NCBI GenBank assembly: GCA_965214775.1
Contig: OZ243974.1
Coordinates: 64,001-128,000, forward strand
Reading direction: 5' to 3'
From: Nitrosopumilus sp.
GTDB taxonomy: Archaea > Thermoproteota > Nitrososphaeria > Nitrososphaerales > Nitrosopumilaceae
Length of the DNA stretch: 64,000 nucleotides
A program made the translations under genes and the position numbers. The notes beneath the pieces are model-generated. The model was not told the DNA's origin, searched no databases, and saw nothing but the letters and a program-made list of their open reading frames with translations. Shown piece by piece: positions 9,765 to 20,376 of this stretch (within the stretch, counting starts at the first letter, position 1; every line of letters starts with the position of its first letter).

Positions 9765-11069
9765 TTGGATAAATCAGGAATTGTCATCGGGGCTGCAATC
9801 GGGGCAGGTATTGCGGCTGTGATTTTTGCAGTACTGTTTGTGGTTCCTCCTCCTGCTCCTGCTCTTATTCCCCCTCCTCCTGCTCCTGCTACTGCTATTC
9901 CTTCCTCTTCTTCTTCCATTCCTTCTTCTTCTTCTATTCCTCCCATTCCTTCTTCTTCCATTCCTTCTTCTTCTTCTTCTTCTCTTCCCACCGAATCAAC
10001 CAAGCCAGACATTGTTGCTGCAAGTAACGACAGGGGGCAGCATTTGCCAGGCACCGTTGTTGACGAGACGGCACCGCTCCTTTACATGACAAAGCTTTCA
10101 CTGACAGACATCTTTGAGAAATCCGAGCCAGGGGTGGTCAGGGTAAATGTTCAGAGATCAGAGTCCGTCGAGGCCATCATGGGAGGGGTCGGCTCGGGAT
10201 TTGTTTTTGACAAGAACGGCCACATCATAACAAACGAGCACGTAGTCAGCAATGCCAGGAAAGTCGTGATTACGTTTTTGGACGGAAGATCCTACAATGC
10301 AGAAATTGTCGGGTCGGACAAATTTACAGACATTGCAGTAGTCAGGGTGAATGCAGACATGGCATTGCTCAATCCGCTGTCGCTTGGAAATTCCTCAAAT
10401 CTCAAGGTAGGCGAGCAGATTGCAGCCATAGGAAATCCGTTTGGATTGTCAGGCTCCATGACTTCGGGAATCGTCAGCCAGTTAGGAAGGCTGCTTCCGT
10501 CAGGAGAGGGGTATTCCATTCCAGACATCATTCAGACAGATGCGGCAATCAATCCGGGAAACTCCGGGGGGCCCCTGTTGAACATGCGCGGAGAGATCAT
10601 CGGGATCAACACTGCGATTCAATCTGCAACAGGAGAATTTACCGGGATAGGGTTTGCAGTTCCATCGCAGACGGTCGCAAAAATTGTTCCAACGCTCATT
10701 GAGGAGGGAAGATACATGCACCCATGGATCGGCATATCCGGCAGAGACATTGATCCGGACATGGCAAAGGCGCTAGGACTGAAGGATGCCGTGGGATTTC
10801 TGGTAGTCACGGTCGTAGAGGACAGTCCGGCAGCCGAGGCAGGACTGGCAGGTTCTGAGAAGACAGTTGATGTCGAGGGGACGACATATCCGATTGGTGG
10901 GGATGTGATTTTGGCAGTTGACGGAATCGAAGTCAGGAAGATCGATGACATTTTGATTCACCTTCAAAGAGCAAAGTCAGTAGGGGATGAAATGGTATTG
11001 GACGTATTAAGAGACGGTAGGACGACCAGTGTCACAATAGTCCTTCAGGAGAGGCCAAACGGCAGCTAG
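9765..11069 (+). CDS. htrA: HtrA/DegP-type membrane-anchored serine protease with PDZ domain
   Basis: GSGFV, ITNEHVV, TDIAVV and IQTDAAINPGNSGGPL catalytic motifs; C-terminal PDZ; Pro/Ser low-complexity linker. Confidence 0.92.
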   Translation: MDKSGIVIGAAIGAGIAAVIFAVLFVVPPPAPALIPPPPAPATAIPSSSSSIPSSSSIPPIPSSSIPSSSSSSLPTESTKPDIVAASNDRGQHLPGTVVDETAPLLYMTKLSLTDIFEKSEPGVVRVNVQRSESVEAIMGGVGSGFVFDKNGHIITNEHVVSNARKVVITFLDGRSYNAEIVGSDKFTDIAVVRVNADMALLNPLSLGNSSNLKVGEQIAAIGNPFGLSGSMTSGIVSQLGRLLPSGEGYSIPDIIQTDAAINPGNSGGPLLNMRGEIIGINTAIQSATGEFTGIGFAVPSQTVAKIVPTLIEEGRYMHPWIGISGRDIDPDMAKALGLKDAVGFLVVTVVEDSPAAEAGLAGSEKTVDVEGTTYPIGGDVILAVDGIEVRKIDDILIHLQRAKSVGDEMVLDVLRDGRTTSVTIVLQERPNGS

Positions 11070-11090
11070 TTGGCAGCGTGGTGGCAGCGG

Positions 11091-11140
11091 TAACAACAGC
11101 AACAACAGCAACAACAGCAACAACAGCAACAACAACAGCA
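11091..11140. repeat. (AACAACAGC)n microsatellite
   Basis: About five tandem 9-bp units between htrA and cofG. Confidence 0.85.
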
Positions 11141-11183
11141 GTCCAGCACAAGCATAAATAGTCGTATTCAAGAATCCTTTCTG

Positions 11184-12356
11184 TTGGCCAAGCTTGTCTT
11201 AAACTCCGAGATACTAATCAAGGTTTTAGAGGACAGGGAAATTTCAAGGGAAGGCATTTTGGAGGTTTATCGAAAATCCCAAAACGACCAGAGCGAACTT
11301 TTTGCAGCTGCGCAAGAACTGCGAAAAAAACACAAGAGAAACACGGTTACTTTTTCAAAAAAGGCGTTTTTTAACATGGCCAACCTCTGCAGAGACACGT
11401 GCTCTTATTGCACGTACAAGGCAGAGCCAAAAGAAGAAGAAAAGCTGTCACTGATGTCAAAACAGCAGATCAAGGACGTCCTGAGACTGGCAAAAAGGTA
11501 CAGGTGCGTCGAGGCGTTGTTTGTTACAGGAGAAAGGCCAGAGCAGAGATACCAGGAGGCAAGAGACTGGCTTGAAGAAAACGGGTTCGAGTCGACTGCC
11601 CAATACCTTGCCTATGCATCAGAGGCGGCCTTGGAGGCAGGGCTATTCCCGCATACAAACGCAGGAAACTTGGAGATTGAGGAGCTAAGGGAGCTAAGAA
11701 AGACCAATGTGTCCACGGGAATAATGCTTGAGAACATCAGCGACAGACTTGCAGAAGAAGGAATGCCGCACCATCAGGCTGCAAGCAAAAGGCCAAAAGC
11801 AAGGCTAGAGGCACTGGAGAACTCGGGAAGGCTGGGAATTCCAACGACTACTGGAATCCTAGTCGGAATCGGGGAAACCATCGAGGAGATCACGGATTCG
11901 CTTTTAGCAATCAAGGAACTGCACAAGAAATTTGGAAACATTCAAGAAGTGATAATCCAAAACTTTCAGCCAAAGCAAGACACGGATATGAGATACAGCC
12001 CTTCAGCAGACCAGACATACTTTAAAACAATTGTCGCGCTATCAAGAGTCATCATGCCAGAAATGAACATACAGGTTCCGCCAAACCTGTCCCCGGATTC
12101 GTATCAGGACTTTTTGCAGCTGGGAATCAACGACTGGGGGGGAATTTCGCCGCTGACGCCGGATTTTGTAAACCCGGAATTTTCCTGGCCAAAAATAAGC
12201 AGGGTTGACAGGCATACAAGGGATGCGGGATTTGAGTTGGGATGCAGGTTCCCCGTATACCCGGAATTCTTTCCGTCTGTAAGCAAGGAGCTAAGAGACA
12301 GGATGAGGGCCATCGAAGACGAGAACGGGCTGGTAAGAGAGGAATACTGGAGATGA
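11184..12356 (+). CDS. cofG: FO synthase subunit CofG (radical SAM)
   Basis: CRDTCSYC, LFPHTNAG, QVPPNL, GINDWGGISPLTPDFVNPE. Confidence 0.92.
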   Translation: MAKLVLNSEILIKVLEDREISREGILEVYRKSQNDQSELFAAAQELRKKHKRNTVTFSKKAFFNMANLCRDTCSYCTYKAEPKEEEKLSLMSKQQIKDVLRLAKRYRCVEALFVTGERPEQRYQEARDWLEENGFESTAQYLAYASEAALEAGLFPHTNAGNLEIEELRELRKTNVSTGIMLENISDRLAEEGMPHHQAASKRPKARLEALENSGRLGIPTTTGILVGIGETIEEITDSLLAIKELHKKFGNIQEVIIQNFQPKQDTDMRYSPSADQTYFKTIVALSRVIMPEMNIQVPPNLSPDSYQDFLQLGINDWGGISPLTPDFVNPEFSWPKISRVDRHTRDAGFELGCRFPVYPEFFPSVSKELRDRMRAIEDENGLVREEYWR

Positions 12357-13624
12357 TGATCTCAGAGAGGCTTTTCAGGGATGCGGATCCTGTAATTGTC
12401 GGGATTTTAGATGACGCCCTGTCAGAAAAGGAGATCTCTGCAAAGCAGGGGGCAGAACTGTACGGGGCAACGGGGGGGCCTGACCTTCATCTCGTGGGAC
12501 TGGTTGCAGACGAGCTTCGGAGAAGAAGGGTCGGAGATGTCGTGACTTATGTGGTGAATAGAAACATCAATTTTACAAATGTCTGCATAAGACAGTGCGG
12601 GTTTTGCGCGTTTAGCAGGGATTTTCGAGAGGATGAAGGGTATCTTCTTCCAAACGAGGAGATCGTCCGAAGGGCAAAAGAGGCGCACCAGATAGGGGCC
12701 ACCGAAGTATGCATCCAGGCAGGACTGCCTCCGGACATGGAAGGGGGGTTGTACGAAAGCATCTGCAGGGACATCAAAAAGGAGATCCCAGAGATTCACA
12801 TTCACGGGTTCTCTCCTGAAGAGATTCTTTATGGCGCATCAAGATCAGGCGTGTCTGTCGAGGAGTTCCTGGGCAGGATGAAGGATGCAGGAGTGGATAC
12901 TTTGCCTGGAACGTCAGCCGAGATTCTGGATCAGGGGCTAAGAGACAAGATTTCCCCTGGAAGGATCAGTGTCAAGGACTGGGAGCGGGTAATCAGAGGA
13001 GCCCACAAAATCGGCATAAACACAACGTCTACAATGATGTTTGGACATTTAGAAACGATCAAGGACAGGACAAGCCACATTGCCAGACTCAGAGACATTC
13101 AAAAGGAGACCGGGGGGTTTACGGAGTTTGTGCCACTGGACTTTGTTCCGTCAGAGGCCCCAATGTACAAGCACCAGCTGCACGAGGGGATCAGAGGGGG
13201 TGCAGACGGCAATGACGTGCTGCTGACCCATGCAGTTGCAAGAATCATGCTAAACAACTTTATTGACAACATACAGATGTCCTGGGTCAAAGAGGGCCAG
13301 AAAATCTCGCAGCTGTTGCTGATGTGGGGGGCAAACGACTTTGGCGGCACCCTGATCAACGAGAGCATATCCACGTCTGCCGGCTCAGACCACGGGCAGC
13401 TGCTCAGGCCAAAGGAGATAAGGAGGATGGCAAGAGAGATCAGAAGAACGCCGGCTCAAAGAGACACAGAGTACGGCATCATTAAAAAATTCGACGCAGA
13501 TGATAAAGTCAAGGAAGGAGAAGAGAAGGGACTAGACAAGGTCACAGACACGTCACGGTTTGGATCTTATGCAGAGCTGATAAAGATCAACAGATTCAAC
13601 TACAGCAATCCCAGGAGAAGGTAG
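12353..13624 (+). CDS. cofH: FO synthase subunit CofH (radical SAM)
   Basis: VTYVVNRNINFTNVCIRQCGFCAF, PGTSAEIL, GANDFGGTL; ATGA overlap with the cofG stop. Confidence 0.92.
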   Translation: MMISERLFRDADPVIVGILDDALSEKEISAKQGAELYGATGGPDLHLVGLVADELRRRRVGDVVTYVVNRNINFTNVCIRQCGFCAFSRDFREDEGYLLPNEEIVRRAKEAHQIGATEVCIQAGLPPDMEGGLYESICRDIKKEIPEIHIHGFSPEEILYGASRSGVSVEEFLGRMKDAGVDTLPGTSAEILDQGLRDKISPGRISVKDWERVIRGAHKIGINTTSTMMFGHLETIKDRTSHIARLRDIQKETGGFTEFVPLDFVPSEAPMYKHQLHEGIRGGADGNDVLLTHAVARIMLNNFIDNIQMSWVKEGQKISQLLLMWGANDFGGTLINESISTSAGSDHGQLLRPKEIRRMAREIRRTPAQRDTEYGIIKKFDADDKVKEGEEKGLDKVTDTSRFGSYAELIKINRFNYSNPRRR

Positions 13625-14936
13625 ATGCATGCCTCAGAAAAGTGCTTAAACCATTCAAAAAAGCTGGGAGTTGACGAGTGTGAAATTGTCGAGCTGAAAA
13701 AGAACATCACAACTGTAAGAATAACGGATTCGGAGATTGCCGAAGTCAAGCAGAATTTTGATGTGAGTTACGGAATAAGAATCATTCATGAGAAAAAAAT
13801 CGCGTCAATAAAGACAGCAGACCAAGATAATATTCCAAACGCGATCAGCAATTCGATGAGGAGTATGAACTGCATGAAGAAAAGGGAGTTTTGGAAAGGA
13901 CTGCCATCAAAATCCAGTTTTGGCAAAATTCATGGAACGTTTGATGGGAGACTAGACGAAATTTCAGGAACAAAGGCAGCAGACATTGCTCAAAACATGA
14001 TAAATTCTACACTCGATCAAAAAATCACGTCAGTTACGGGTTCGCTAAACGTTGTCTCTGAGAGTTTTGAGCTGTCAAATTCGTGCGGATTGCGCCTGGA
14101 TGAAAGATCAACGTACATCTCGGCAATAATCAATGCAGAGTCAGAGAGAGGCAGTACAGTTCCGGTTTCAGGAATGGGTCATGCAAGCGGCAGGACGCTT
14201 GATGGTTTTTGTCCGGAGCAGGTGGGAGAGGATGCCAAAGCCATGTGTCTGGAATCCATAAATCCTCAAATGGTGGATTCTGGAGAATATTCGATAATCT
14301 TTGAGCCGTATTCGGCAGGAGAACTGCTGGCCTTTGTTGTTGCGCCGAATTTTAGCTTCAAGACATTTTCAGAGAAGAGGAGCTGTTTTGCAGATGATCT
14401 CCAAAAAGAGATTGCGATAGACGGCTTTAGCTTGACTGATGATCCCCACATTCCAGGAGGAGTCGGCTCAAGGGCCTTTGATGATGAGGGGGTCAGAACA
14501 AAACCGCAGAAACTGATTGAGTGCGGAATCTTCAGGAACACCTACGCAAATTTGTATGACGGCTACAAGGGAGGTTTTACGTCTACTGGAAACGGGTCAA
14601 GGGCAGGCTCGCCGATGGGCAGAAGTTCAGAGCCAATACCTGTCTCGGCTCCGCATAATTTGAAAATAGAGGGCAGCGACGGATCATCATCATCATCATC
14701 ACAAGAGGAGATGATAAAAGACACAAAGAAGGGAATCCTTGTAAGCAGGCTATGGTATACCTATCCGGTAAATCCGATCAGGGGAGACTTTTCATGCACT
14801 GCAAGAAGCGGGGTCAGAATCATCAGGGACGGGAAAGTTGCAGGCCCAGGAAAGTCAGTCAGAATCATCCACAATCTTCGAACAATGCTCAAAAACATCT
14901 CGTCAATAGGCGGCAATCAGCAAAACGTGATCCAGT

Positions 14937-16492
14937 AGACTTTATGCGTAATCGACCGTGATTAAAAATTCCGTAGGCTTTTCCAAACGCAAATGCGCTG
15001 ATCGGATCAAATTACCGCATGCATCTCGTGTCATGACGCACGTAAAAGTCAGTTGCGCCAAAAGAACGTGCGCAACCATGCAGCACGGCAATGTGCCCCG
15101 CTGACAAGTCAGAAAGAATGGCGGTCCGTACCGCCGTATGTCATGTGTCTGGCAGCAGATGCAGCTGCTGCAGCAGCCGGCCGTAGTGTTTTTTCCTTTT
15201 CAACATCGTCTTGAGGTTCTCAAGACCCGTGATTATCTGCATGAAATAGTTTAGATCCTTGGCAGTTCCGCCAAACGGCATGGTAAGAATGCCATATCTT
15301 TTGAGCCGCCCTATGTGGTGCTCCACCCTGACGCGAACCCTGCTTATCTGCTTGCGGCGCCTCTTTTGCGTTGCAGTAAGATCCCCGTCCCTGGGCTTCT
15401 TTGGGGGCTGCCTGTGTATGGCGCCCGGAAGCATCTTTTGAATGCCCTCAAATCCCAGGTCGCTGTAAATCACAAACGCCTCTTCCGGATCGTCTGCGTT
15501 TTTTGCATTCCTCATTGATCCGGTGTGCCTTCCAAAGTCCGGGCCGCCCCCTGCGTTCATCACGCCCTTGTCGTTGACGCTTCCGTCCACAGTCTTGCCG
15601 CAGTGCAGTATGAGGCCGTCCAGGTTCGAGGTAATTATTGTGTTGAACATGTGCCGCTTTTTTCTTCCCGAGTATCTGGTCTTTCTTGCGGTCCTGTCCC
15701 CGGGCCTGTCTACCGGAGTCAGGGTGCCGTCAATCAGGAGCGTCTTTTTTGGGATCAGCACCTCCTCCAGCTTGCCTGCCGGGGTCTTGCAGATGATGCT
15801 TGTTAGCTTTTCGGAGGCAGGCAGGAGCCGGCGCAGTAACACGGCACCGTACCGGAGGTACCTGGACATTGTGGACTGGTCGACGTCAAATGTCGCGGCC
15901 AGATGATGCTGCGTTGCCTTGGTCCTTATGCTCATGAGTACTGCAAGCAGCGCGTGCCTGATGTACAGCTTGCACCGGTTTCCGGCATCGCCGCCTCTTA
16001 CGTCGTCCTCCCAGAACAGGGGTCTGTCCTCGTCGTCCATGACTTCTTCCGTAAAGCGCTCCAGTATGATCGTAAATGACTCCTTTGTGCATCCCGTGAC
16101 GTTGCAAAGGCGCACCGGATCGCCGATTATGCCGTCTGCAACCTCGATTGCGTGCATCCGCAGAGGCGTCCCGCCGCGCACGACTCTTTTTGTCTTGTTT
16201 TCTTCGGACTGCCACAGCGAGTCCTCAAACGCAAGCTGCTTCCTCATACGCTCGTTTTGCTTGGACATCTGTTTGTTTTGCTTGGATACCTGCTCGTGTT
16301 GCTCGACTAGCATCTCGTGTTGCTCGACTAGCATCTCGTGTTGCGCTTGTAACGCTTGAAATGCTTGGAGAGTCTTGTCATTTGAGCCCATACAGTTAGG
16401 GAATCATACAGATCTTTAGGGTTGTTGGTGTGCAAATAATGATCTATTGTGTCGTATTTTTAGATCAGATGGGCCGATTACGCATAAAGTCT
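14937..16492 (-). mobile_element. IS family A (IS5/ISL2-like, DDE_Tnp_4), complete
   Basis: TIR AGACTTTATGCGTAATCG; 3-bp TSD AGT. Confidence 0.9.
15141..16391 (-). CDS. Transposase (HTH_Tnp_4 + DDE_Tnp_4) with N-terminal coiled coil
   Basis: LAATFDVDQSTMSRY, LIDGT, YSGRKKRH, SDLGFEG, RVRVEHHIGRLK. Confidence 0.9.
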   Translation of the reverse strand: MGSNDKTLQAFQALQAQHEMLVEQHEMLVEQHEQVSKQNKQMSKQNERMRKQLAFEDSLWQSEENKTKRVVRGGTPLRMHAIEVADGIIGDPVRLCNVTGCTKESFTIILERFTEEVMDDEDRPLFWEDDVRGGDAGNRCKLYIRHALLAVLMSIRTKATQHHLAATFDVDQSTMSRYLRYGAVLLRRLLPASEKLTSIICKTPAGKLEEVLIPKKTLLIDGTLTPVDRPGDRTARKTRYSGRKKRHMFNTIITSNLDGLILHCGKTVDGSVNDKGVMNAGGGPDFGRHTGSMRNAKNADDPEEAFVIYSDLGFEGIQKMLPGAIHRQPPKKPRDGDLTATQKRRRKQISRVRVRVEHHIGRLKRYGILTMPFGGTAKDLNYFMQIITGLENLKTMLKRKKHYGRLLQQLHLLPDT

Positions 16493-16629
16493 AGTGGGCA
16501 TCCCTGCCTTCAGTTACCCCCTCAATAAAGGCAGAAAAAATCTTTGTAAATCCAATATGACAGGCACAGACTATCAGTCTTTGCAGACATGCGTCACGGC
16601 AGCACCAAAGGAGCGGTTTGTAGGAGTCA

Positions 16630-16868
16630 AGCGTCGATTCAAAGTTGGCAGATTTGGATCATGCATAAACTAACTTGCACCAAACAGATCAATTCCTGTA
16701 AAACGCATGTTGTCTGTGAGATTATAGTAATGAGCAGAAATAATCAAGGTTTTTTACGTGTAGTTATGACCTGTTTTGACTCAAAGACTTCTGCCCGCTG
16801 CTATACTTTACAAACGTATCAAAAAAACCGGGTATTTTTTGCACGGTCTCCAATTTCGGATCACCTCT
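16630..16868. mobile_element. Degenerate MITE family C carrying a nested family D MITE (16723-16805)
   Basis: Right end ATTTCGGATCACCTCT; inner TATAGTAATGAGCAGAAA...CTGCCCGCTGCTATA. Confidence 0.7.
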
Positions 16869-16934
16869 GCAGTATATGGGACAAACGCCGCAGCTCGTGC
16901 GCCCGGCACAGTCGGCACTTGTCCCCGGATCGAG

Positions 16935-17015
16935 TCACCATCACCGTCACCATCACTACTCCCCGCCTCCTCATTCTCCTCACCCTCACCCTCACCCTCA
17001 CCCTCATCCTCCACT
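16935..17015. repeat. Hexamer microsatellites (CACCAT/CACCCT)
   Basis: Visible tandem TCACCA/TCACCC units. Confidence 0.7.
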
Positions 17016-17121
17016 CCGCCACCCAAGCACAACATCTGTCTGAGGCGACAAAAGACAAGCAGCCTCGCACTAGCAGTAGCCATGTTAAATGTTAATATGT
17101 AAACGCCAAACCACATCAGTC

Positions 17122-17538
17122 ATGGATATGAATAAAATTCTCGTGCCCGTGGATGGTTCAAAAAAGTCCTTTGAGGCCCTGGATCGCGCACTGACCCTGG
17201 CTGGATTCACCCACGGCCAGGTTACTGCAATACATATAATCCCACACGTTCTTGCAGGCGGCTCTAGAACCAAAGACTTTGACAGGAACGTTCGTCAGGA
17301 TGCCGAAATCATTCTAAAAAAGGCAGAAAAAAGGGCAGGAAACAAGGATGTAAAATTCAAAACCAAGATTCTAAGGGGATCCCCCGGATACGAGGCAGTG
17401 GCCCTGGCCAGAAAGGGACATTTTGATCACATTGTAATGAGTACGACCGGCAGTGGCTCTGCCACCGGAGACATGCTGGGAAGCGTCTCTAACTTTATAC
17501 TGCACAAATCAAAAATCCCGGTATACCTTATCAAGTAA
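17122..17538 (+). CDS. uspA: Universal stress protein
   Basis: KILVPVDGS and DHIVMSTTG...MLGSVSNFILHKSKIPVYLIK. Confidence 0.9.
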   Translation: MDMNKILVPVDGSKKSFEALDRALTLAGFTHGQVTAIHIIPHVLAGGSRTKDFDRNVRQDAEIILKKAEKRAGNKDVKFKTKILRGSPGYEAVALARKGHFDHIVMSTTGSGSATGDMLGSVSNFILHKSKIPVYLIK

Positions 17539-17556
17539 CCAAGGAATGGAAAAGAA

Positions 17557-18408
17557 ATGACAGAAATCTCCTCTCTAATGAACGGGCCAGTAACAATAGA
17601 AGGCGGGGCGTCGCTTTCAAACGCCATAACCAGACTGCTGAGCAGGCAGATCAGCCGCTTGCTTGTAACTGAGGACGGCTCCCACGCAGGCATCATCACC
17701 GAAAAGGACATCGGAGGCTTCCTACTGAACGATGATTCTGAGAAAAACCTGGATGACATTCCGGTTTCAAAGATAATGAAAAAAACTGTCTTGGTTCCTG
17801 CCTCCTCTACTGTCCCGGAATGTGCAAAAACCATGCTGGAAAAAAACATCGGATCCCTGGGAGTATCTGCAGACAACAGGCAGGTAGCCGGAATAGTGAC
17901 AAAGACCGATCTTGTGCGCCATTATGCAGAAAATTATTCTGGCAGGCACAGAGTAGGCGACGTAATGACGGCCTCTTACATACGGCAAAATTCCAGTGAC
18001 TCCCTAAAGAACGTCGTATCTGCCATGGTTGAAAACAGGATATCTAGGATTTTCATACAGAACAACGGCAGCATCGAGGGAATCATCACGTTTCGTGACT
18101 TGTTCAACATCGCACTAGAGCAGGGTAACACCGATTCTGTGTTGGATGACTCTGATCCTGCAATATCCGTAGTCTTTACACGGAAAGGGTTTCTTTCGGA
18201 ATCCGGCTTTGGCAGCACCATGCGTGCAAGTGACGTCATGACCAGAAACGTAGAATCCGTCGGTTTTGAAGTGGATCTGGCAGCTGCATGCAAGGCCATG
18301 ATCCGGGAAAAAATTAATGGCATGGGAGTCATAATAGAAGGCAAGTTGGGCGGAACGGTGAGCAAAACCGACGTGTTAAAGGCAATCTACATGGACGGCA
18401 GCTTCTGA
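17557..18408 (+). CDS. Protein with four CBS domains
   Basis: Repeated GIITEKD/GIVTKTD/GIITFRD/GTVSKTD motifs. Confidence 0.9.
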   Translation: MTEISSLMNGPVTIEGGASLSNAITRLLSRQISRLLVTEDGSHAGIITEKDIGGFLLNDDSEKNLDDIPVSKIMKKTVLVPASSTVPECAKTMLEKNIGSLGVSADNRQVAGIVTKTDLVRHYAENYSGRHRVGDVMTASYIRQNSSDSLKNVVSAMVENRISRIFIQNNGSIEGIITFRDLFNIALEQGNTDSVLDDSDPAISVVFTRKGFLSESGFGSTMRASDVMTRNVESVGFEVDLAAACKAMIREKINGMGVIIEGKLGGTVSKTDVLKAIYMDGSF

Positions 18409-18518
18409 TAGATGAGACCTGCGTTTGATCACTTGTCAGATACGGATTTTTTTCATGCATGGCAAAATTTGAAAGGGTTCCTCCCGGCGGCCCTGCAAGC
18501 TTGTAAGGGGGTTGGATG

Positions 18519-18736
18519 GGGATTGTTTCCTAATTTGCCAGAATTCCTGAAAACCGCTGGGATGCCACATGGATCAGGCGTGCAAAAGGGCGAAAATTCA
18601 GAAAAACATGCAGACAGAGTCAGGCAGGTGTAGTGCGTGCAGTTGAAAATGGAATGTTTTTTTGGCAAAACAGGCACGATGTGTCAAAATCATATTCCAT
18701 TTTTTGATGTTGGCACTGGGATTAGGAAACAACCCC
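18519..18736. mobile_element. MITE family B with a nested family E MITE (18631-18718)
   Basis: Ends GGGATTGTTTCCTAATT / ATTAGGAAACAACCCC; 9-bp TSD GGTTGGATG/GGCTGGATG. Confidence 0.78.
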
Positions 18737-18889
18737 GGCTGGATGAGGCCATCCCAACTGCAAGAGCCGCCGGCGCAGGAATTACAGGATGTTGCTCTTT
18801 TCACCTTCCAAAACTGACAGGCACCGTATTCAAGGGTGGCCGGATTCGTGACGATGCAGTAGGTGACGTGCGGGAGCTGCAGGCCCCTG

Positions 18890-19105
18890 AGAGATGATTC
18901 GAAATCAAAAGCCGTACGAATTTTTCAGGTGACTTTACAAACACAGCAACGCTCACAATTAATCGAGGTCTTTCACGGGCAATCTGACCATGTTTTGACT
19001 CAAAGACTTCTGCCCGTTGCCATAACTTGCATTTTGTTGGTGTTTTGAGCCGTTTCATGCAAATTCGTTCACAAATAATGAGTTTGCCGATTTCGAATCA
19101 TCTCT
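18890..19105. mobile_element. MITE family C with a nested degenerate family D MITE
   Basis: Perfect 17-bp TIR AGAGATGATTCGAAATC; CTG/CAG flanks; insert contains TTTGACTCAAAGACTTCTGCCCGTTGC. Confidence 0.8.
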
Positions 19106-19139
19106 CAGGTTGTATGTTTTTCAACTGCTCCAATCATCA

Positions 19140-20111
19140 TCAGCGGAAAAATGTTACTGCCAAGTAGGCCACGTAGCCTATTGCCATACATGCGCCCGTG
19201 GCACGTCCTATCATTCCTCCCGTCTTTATTGCAATCAAGATGGACATTCCAAACAGAATCATGATTGTATAATCCACATAGACATCAGCAGAGATCACCA
19301 CTCCTCCCAACACTGCACCGACTCCCATGATCATCAAAACGTTGTAGATATTGCTTCCGATGATGTTTCCAATTCCGATGTCGGTGTGGCCTTTTCGAAT
19401 GGCCATGATTGACGTGATTAATTCAGGAAGGGAAGTTCCGATTGCAATCACGGTAAGGCCGATAATTTTTTCAGACAGGCCGAATTCTTTTGCCAAAACC
19501 ACCGCATTGTCCACAGTCAAAAATGCGCCAACGTAAAGAAAGCCCATTCCAAGTCCAATCAAACCAATCGATTTTAGGTAAAGATTGTTTTTTTCAGGCG
19601 CGGACGGCTCGTCTTCAGGTTTGCTCTCTCGCCGTCTCATTGCATGTCTGAAAGTGTAAGCAGCAAAGACTCCCAGCCCTGCAAGGAGTAAGAATCCGTC
19701 ATATTGGGTCAGATGACCGTCAACAGAAATTGCAACAAGCAGCAAAGAGACTCCCAGCATTATAGGAATCTCTTTTCTTAGAACGGATTTTTGGACTGCA
19801 AGCGGGGCCAAAATGGCTGCAATTCCAATCACCATTCCGACATTTGCAATGTTGCTGCCCACAATATTTCCCAAGATAATTGCACTATGCTCGCCTGCAG
19901 CAGCTATGCTTGCTGCAAGCTCCGGAGTTGATGTGCCATATGCCACTATGGTCATGCCGATTACCAGATTGCTGATTCTGAATCTTCTTGCAATTGATGC
20001 ACCACCGCCAACCAGCCAGTTGCCTCCAAAGCACAGCATTGCCAATCCGACTGCCGTCAGGGCAGCACTTGCTGCTATTGCCGATACTGCTGCTGCTGGT
20101 TCCACAAGCAA
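19140..20111 (-). CDS. Calcium/sodium antiporter (YrbG/CaCA family)
   Basis: Two alpha repeats: GTSTPE...GNIVGSNIAN and GTSLPE...GNIIGSNIYN. Confidence 0.92.
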   Translation of the reverse strand: MLVEPAAAVSAIAASAALTAVGLAMLCFGGNWLVGGGASIARRFRISNLVIGMTIVAYGTSTPELAASIAAAGEHSAIILGNIVGSNIANVGMVIGIAAILAPLAVQKSVLRKEIPIMLGVSLLLVAISVDGHLTQYDGFLLLAGLGVFAAYTFRHAMRRRESKPEDEPSAPEKNNLYLKSIGLIGLGMGFLYVGAFLTVDNAVVLAKEFGLSEKIIGLTVIAIGTSLPELITSIMAIRKGHTDIGIGNIIGSNIYNVLMIMGVGAVLGGVVISADVYVDYTIMILFGMSILIAIKTGGMIGRATGACMAIGYVAYLAVTFFR

Positions 20112-20297
20112 ATTTGAGAGATTGCCAGTTTAAAGGAGACGATATGCTATAATTTCACAATTATGACAAGTCAAGCTCATTTGGAGCCGGGTTTCAGGCA
20201 CAAGACCGACAGGTGATTTCCACCAAACTGTCTTGTTGTGATTCTTCTGAGGAATAAAATGAACGGGTAAAATCAGCGACTTTTAACCAGTCAGAAT

Positions 20298-20376
20298 GGA
20301 TCTTGTGCGTATTTGCCAAAAATGACGTAAAAACTGCCTGATTTTTTTTTTGATCTGTGCCGATTACGCAAAGTCT
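20298..20376. mobile_element. MITE family A (non-autonomous)
   Basis: Ends ...CGATTACGCAAAGTCT; AAT on both flanks; similar to 28366-28442 and 54225-54302. Confidence 0.75.

Larger units (their letters stand above)
13625..16560 (+). pseudogene. pmbA: TldD/PmbA family protein split by an IS 21 residues before its C-terminus
   Basis: FDDEGV and STGNG motifs. Removing the IS and one AGT copy rejoins NVIQ with WASLPSVTPSIKAEKIFVNPI* (16495-16560). Confidence 0.85.
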
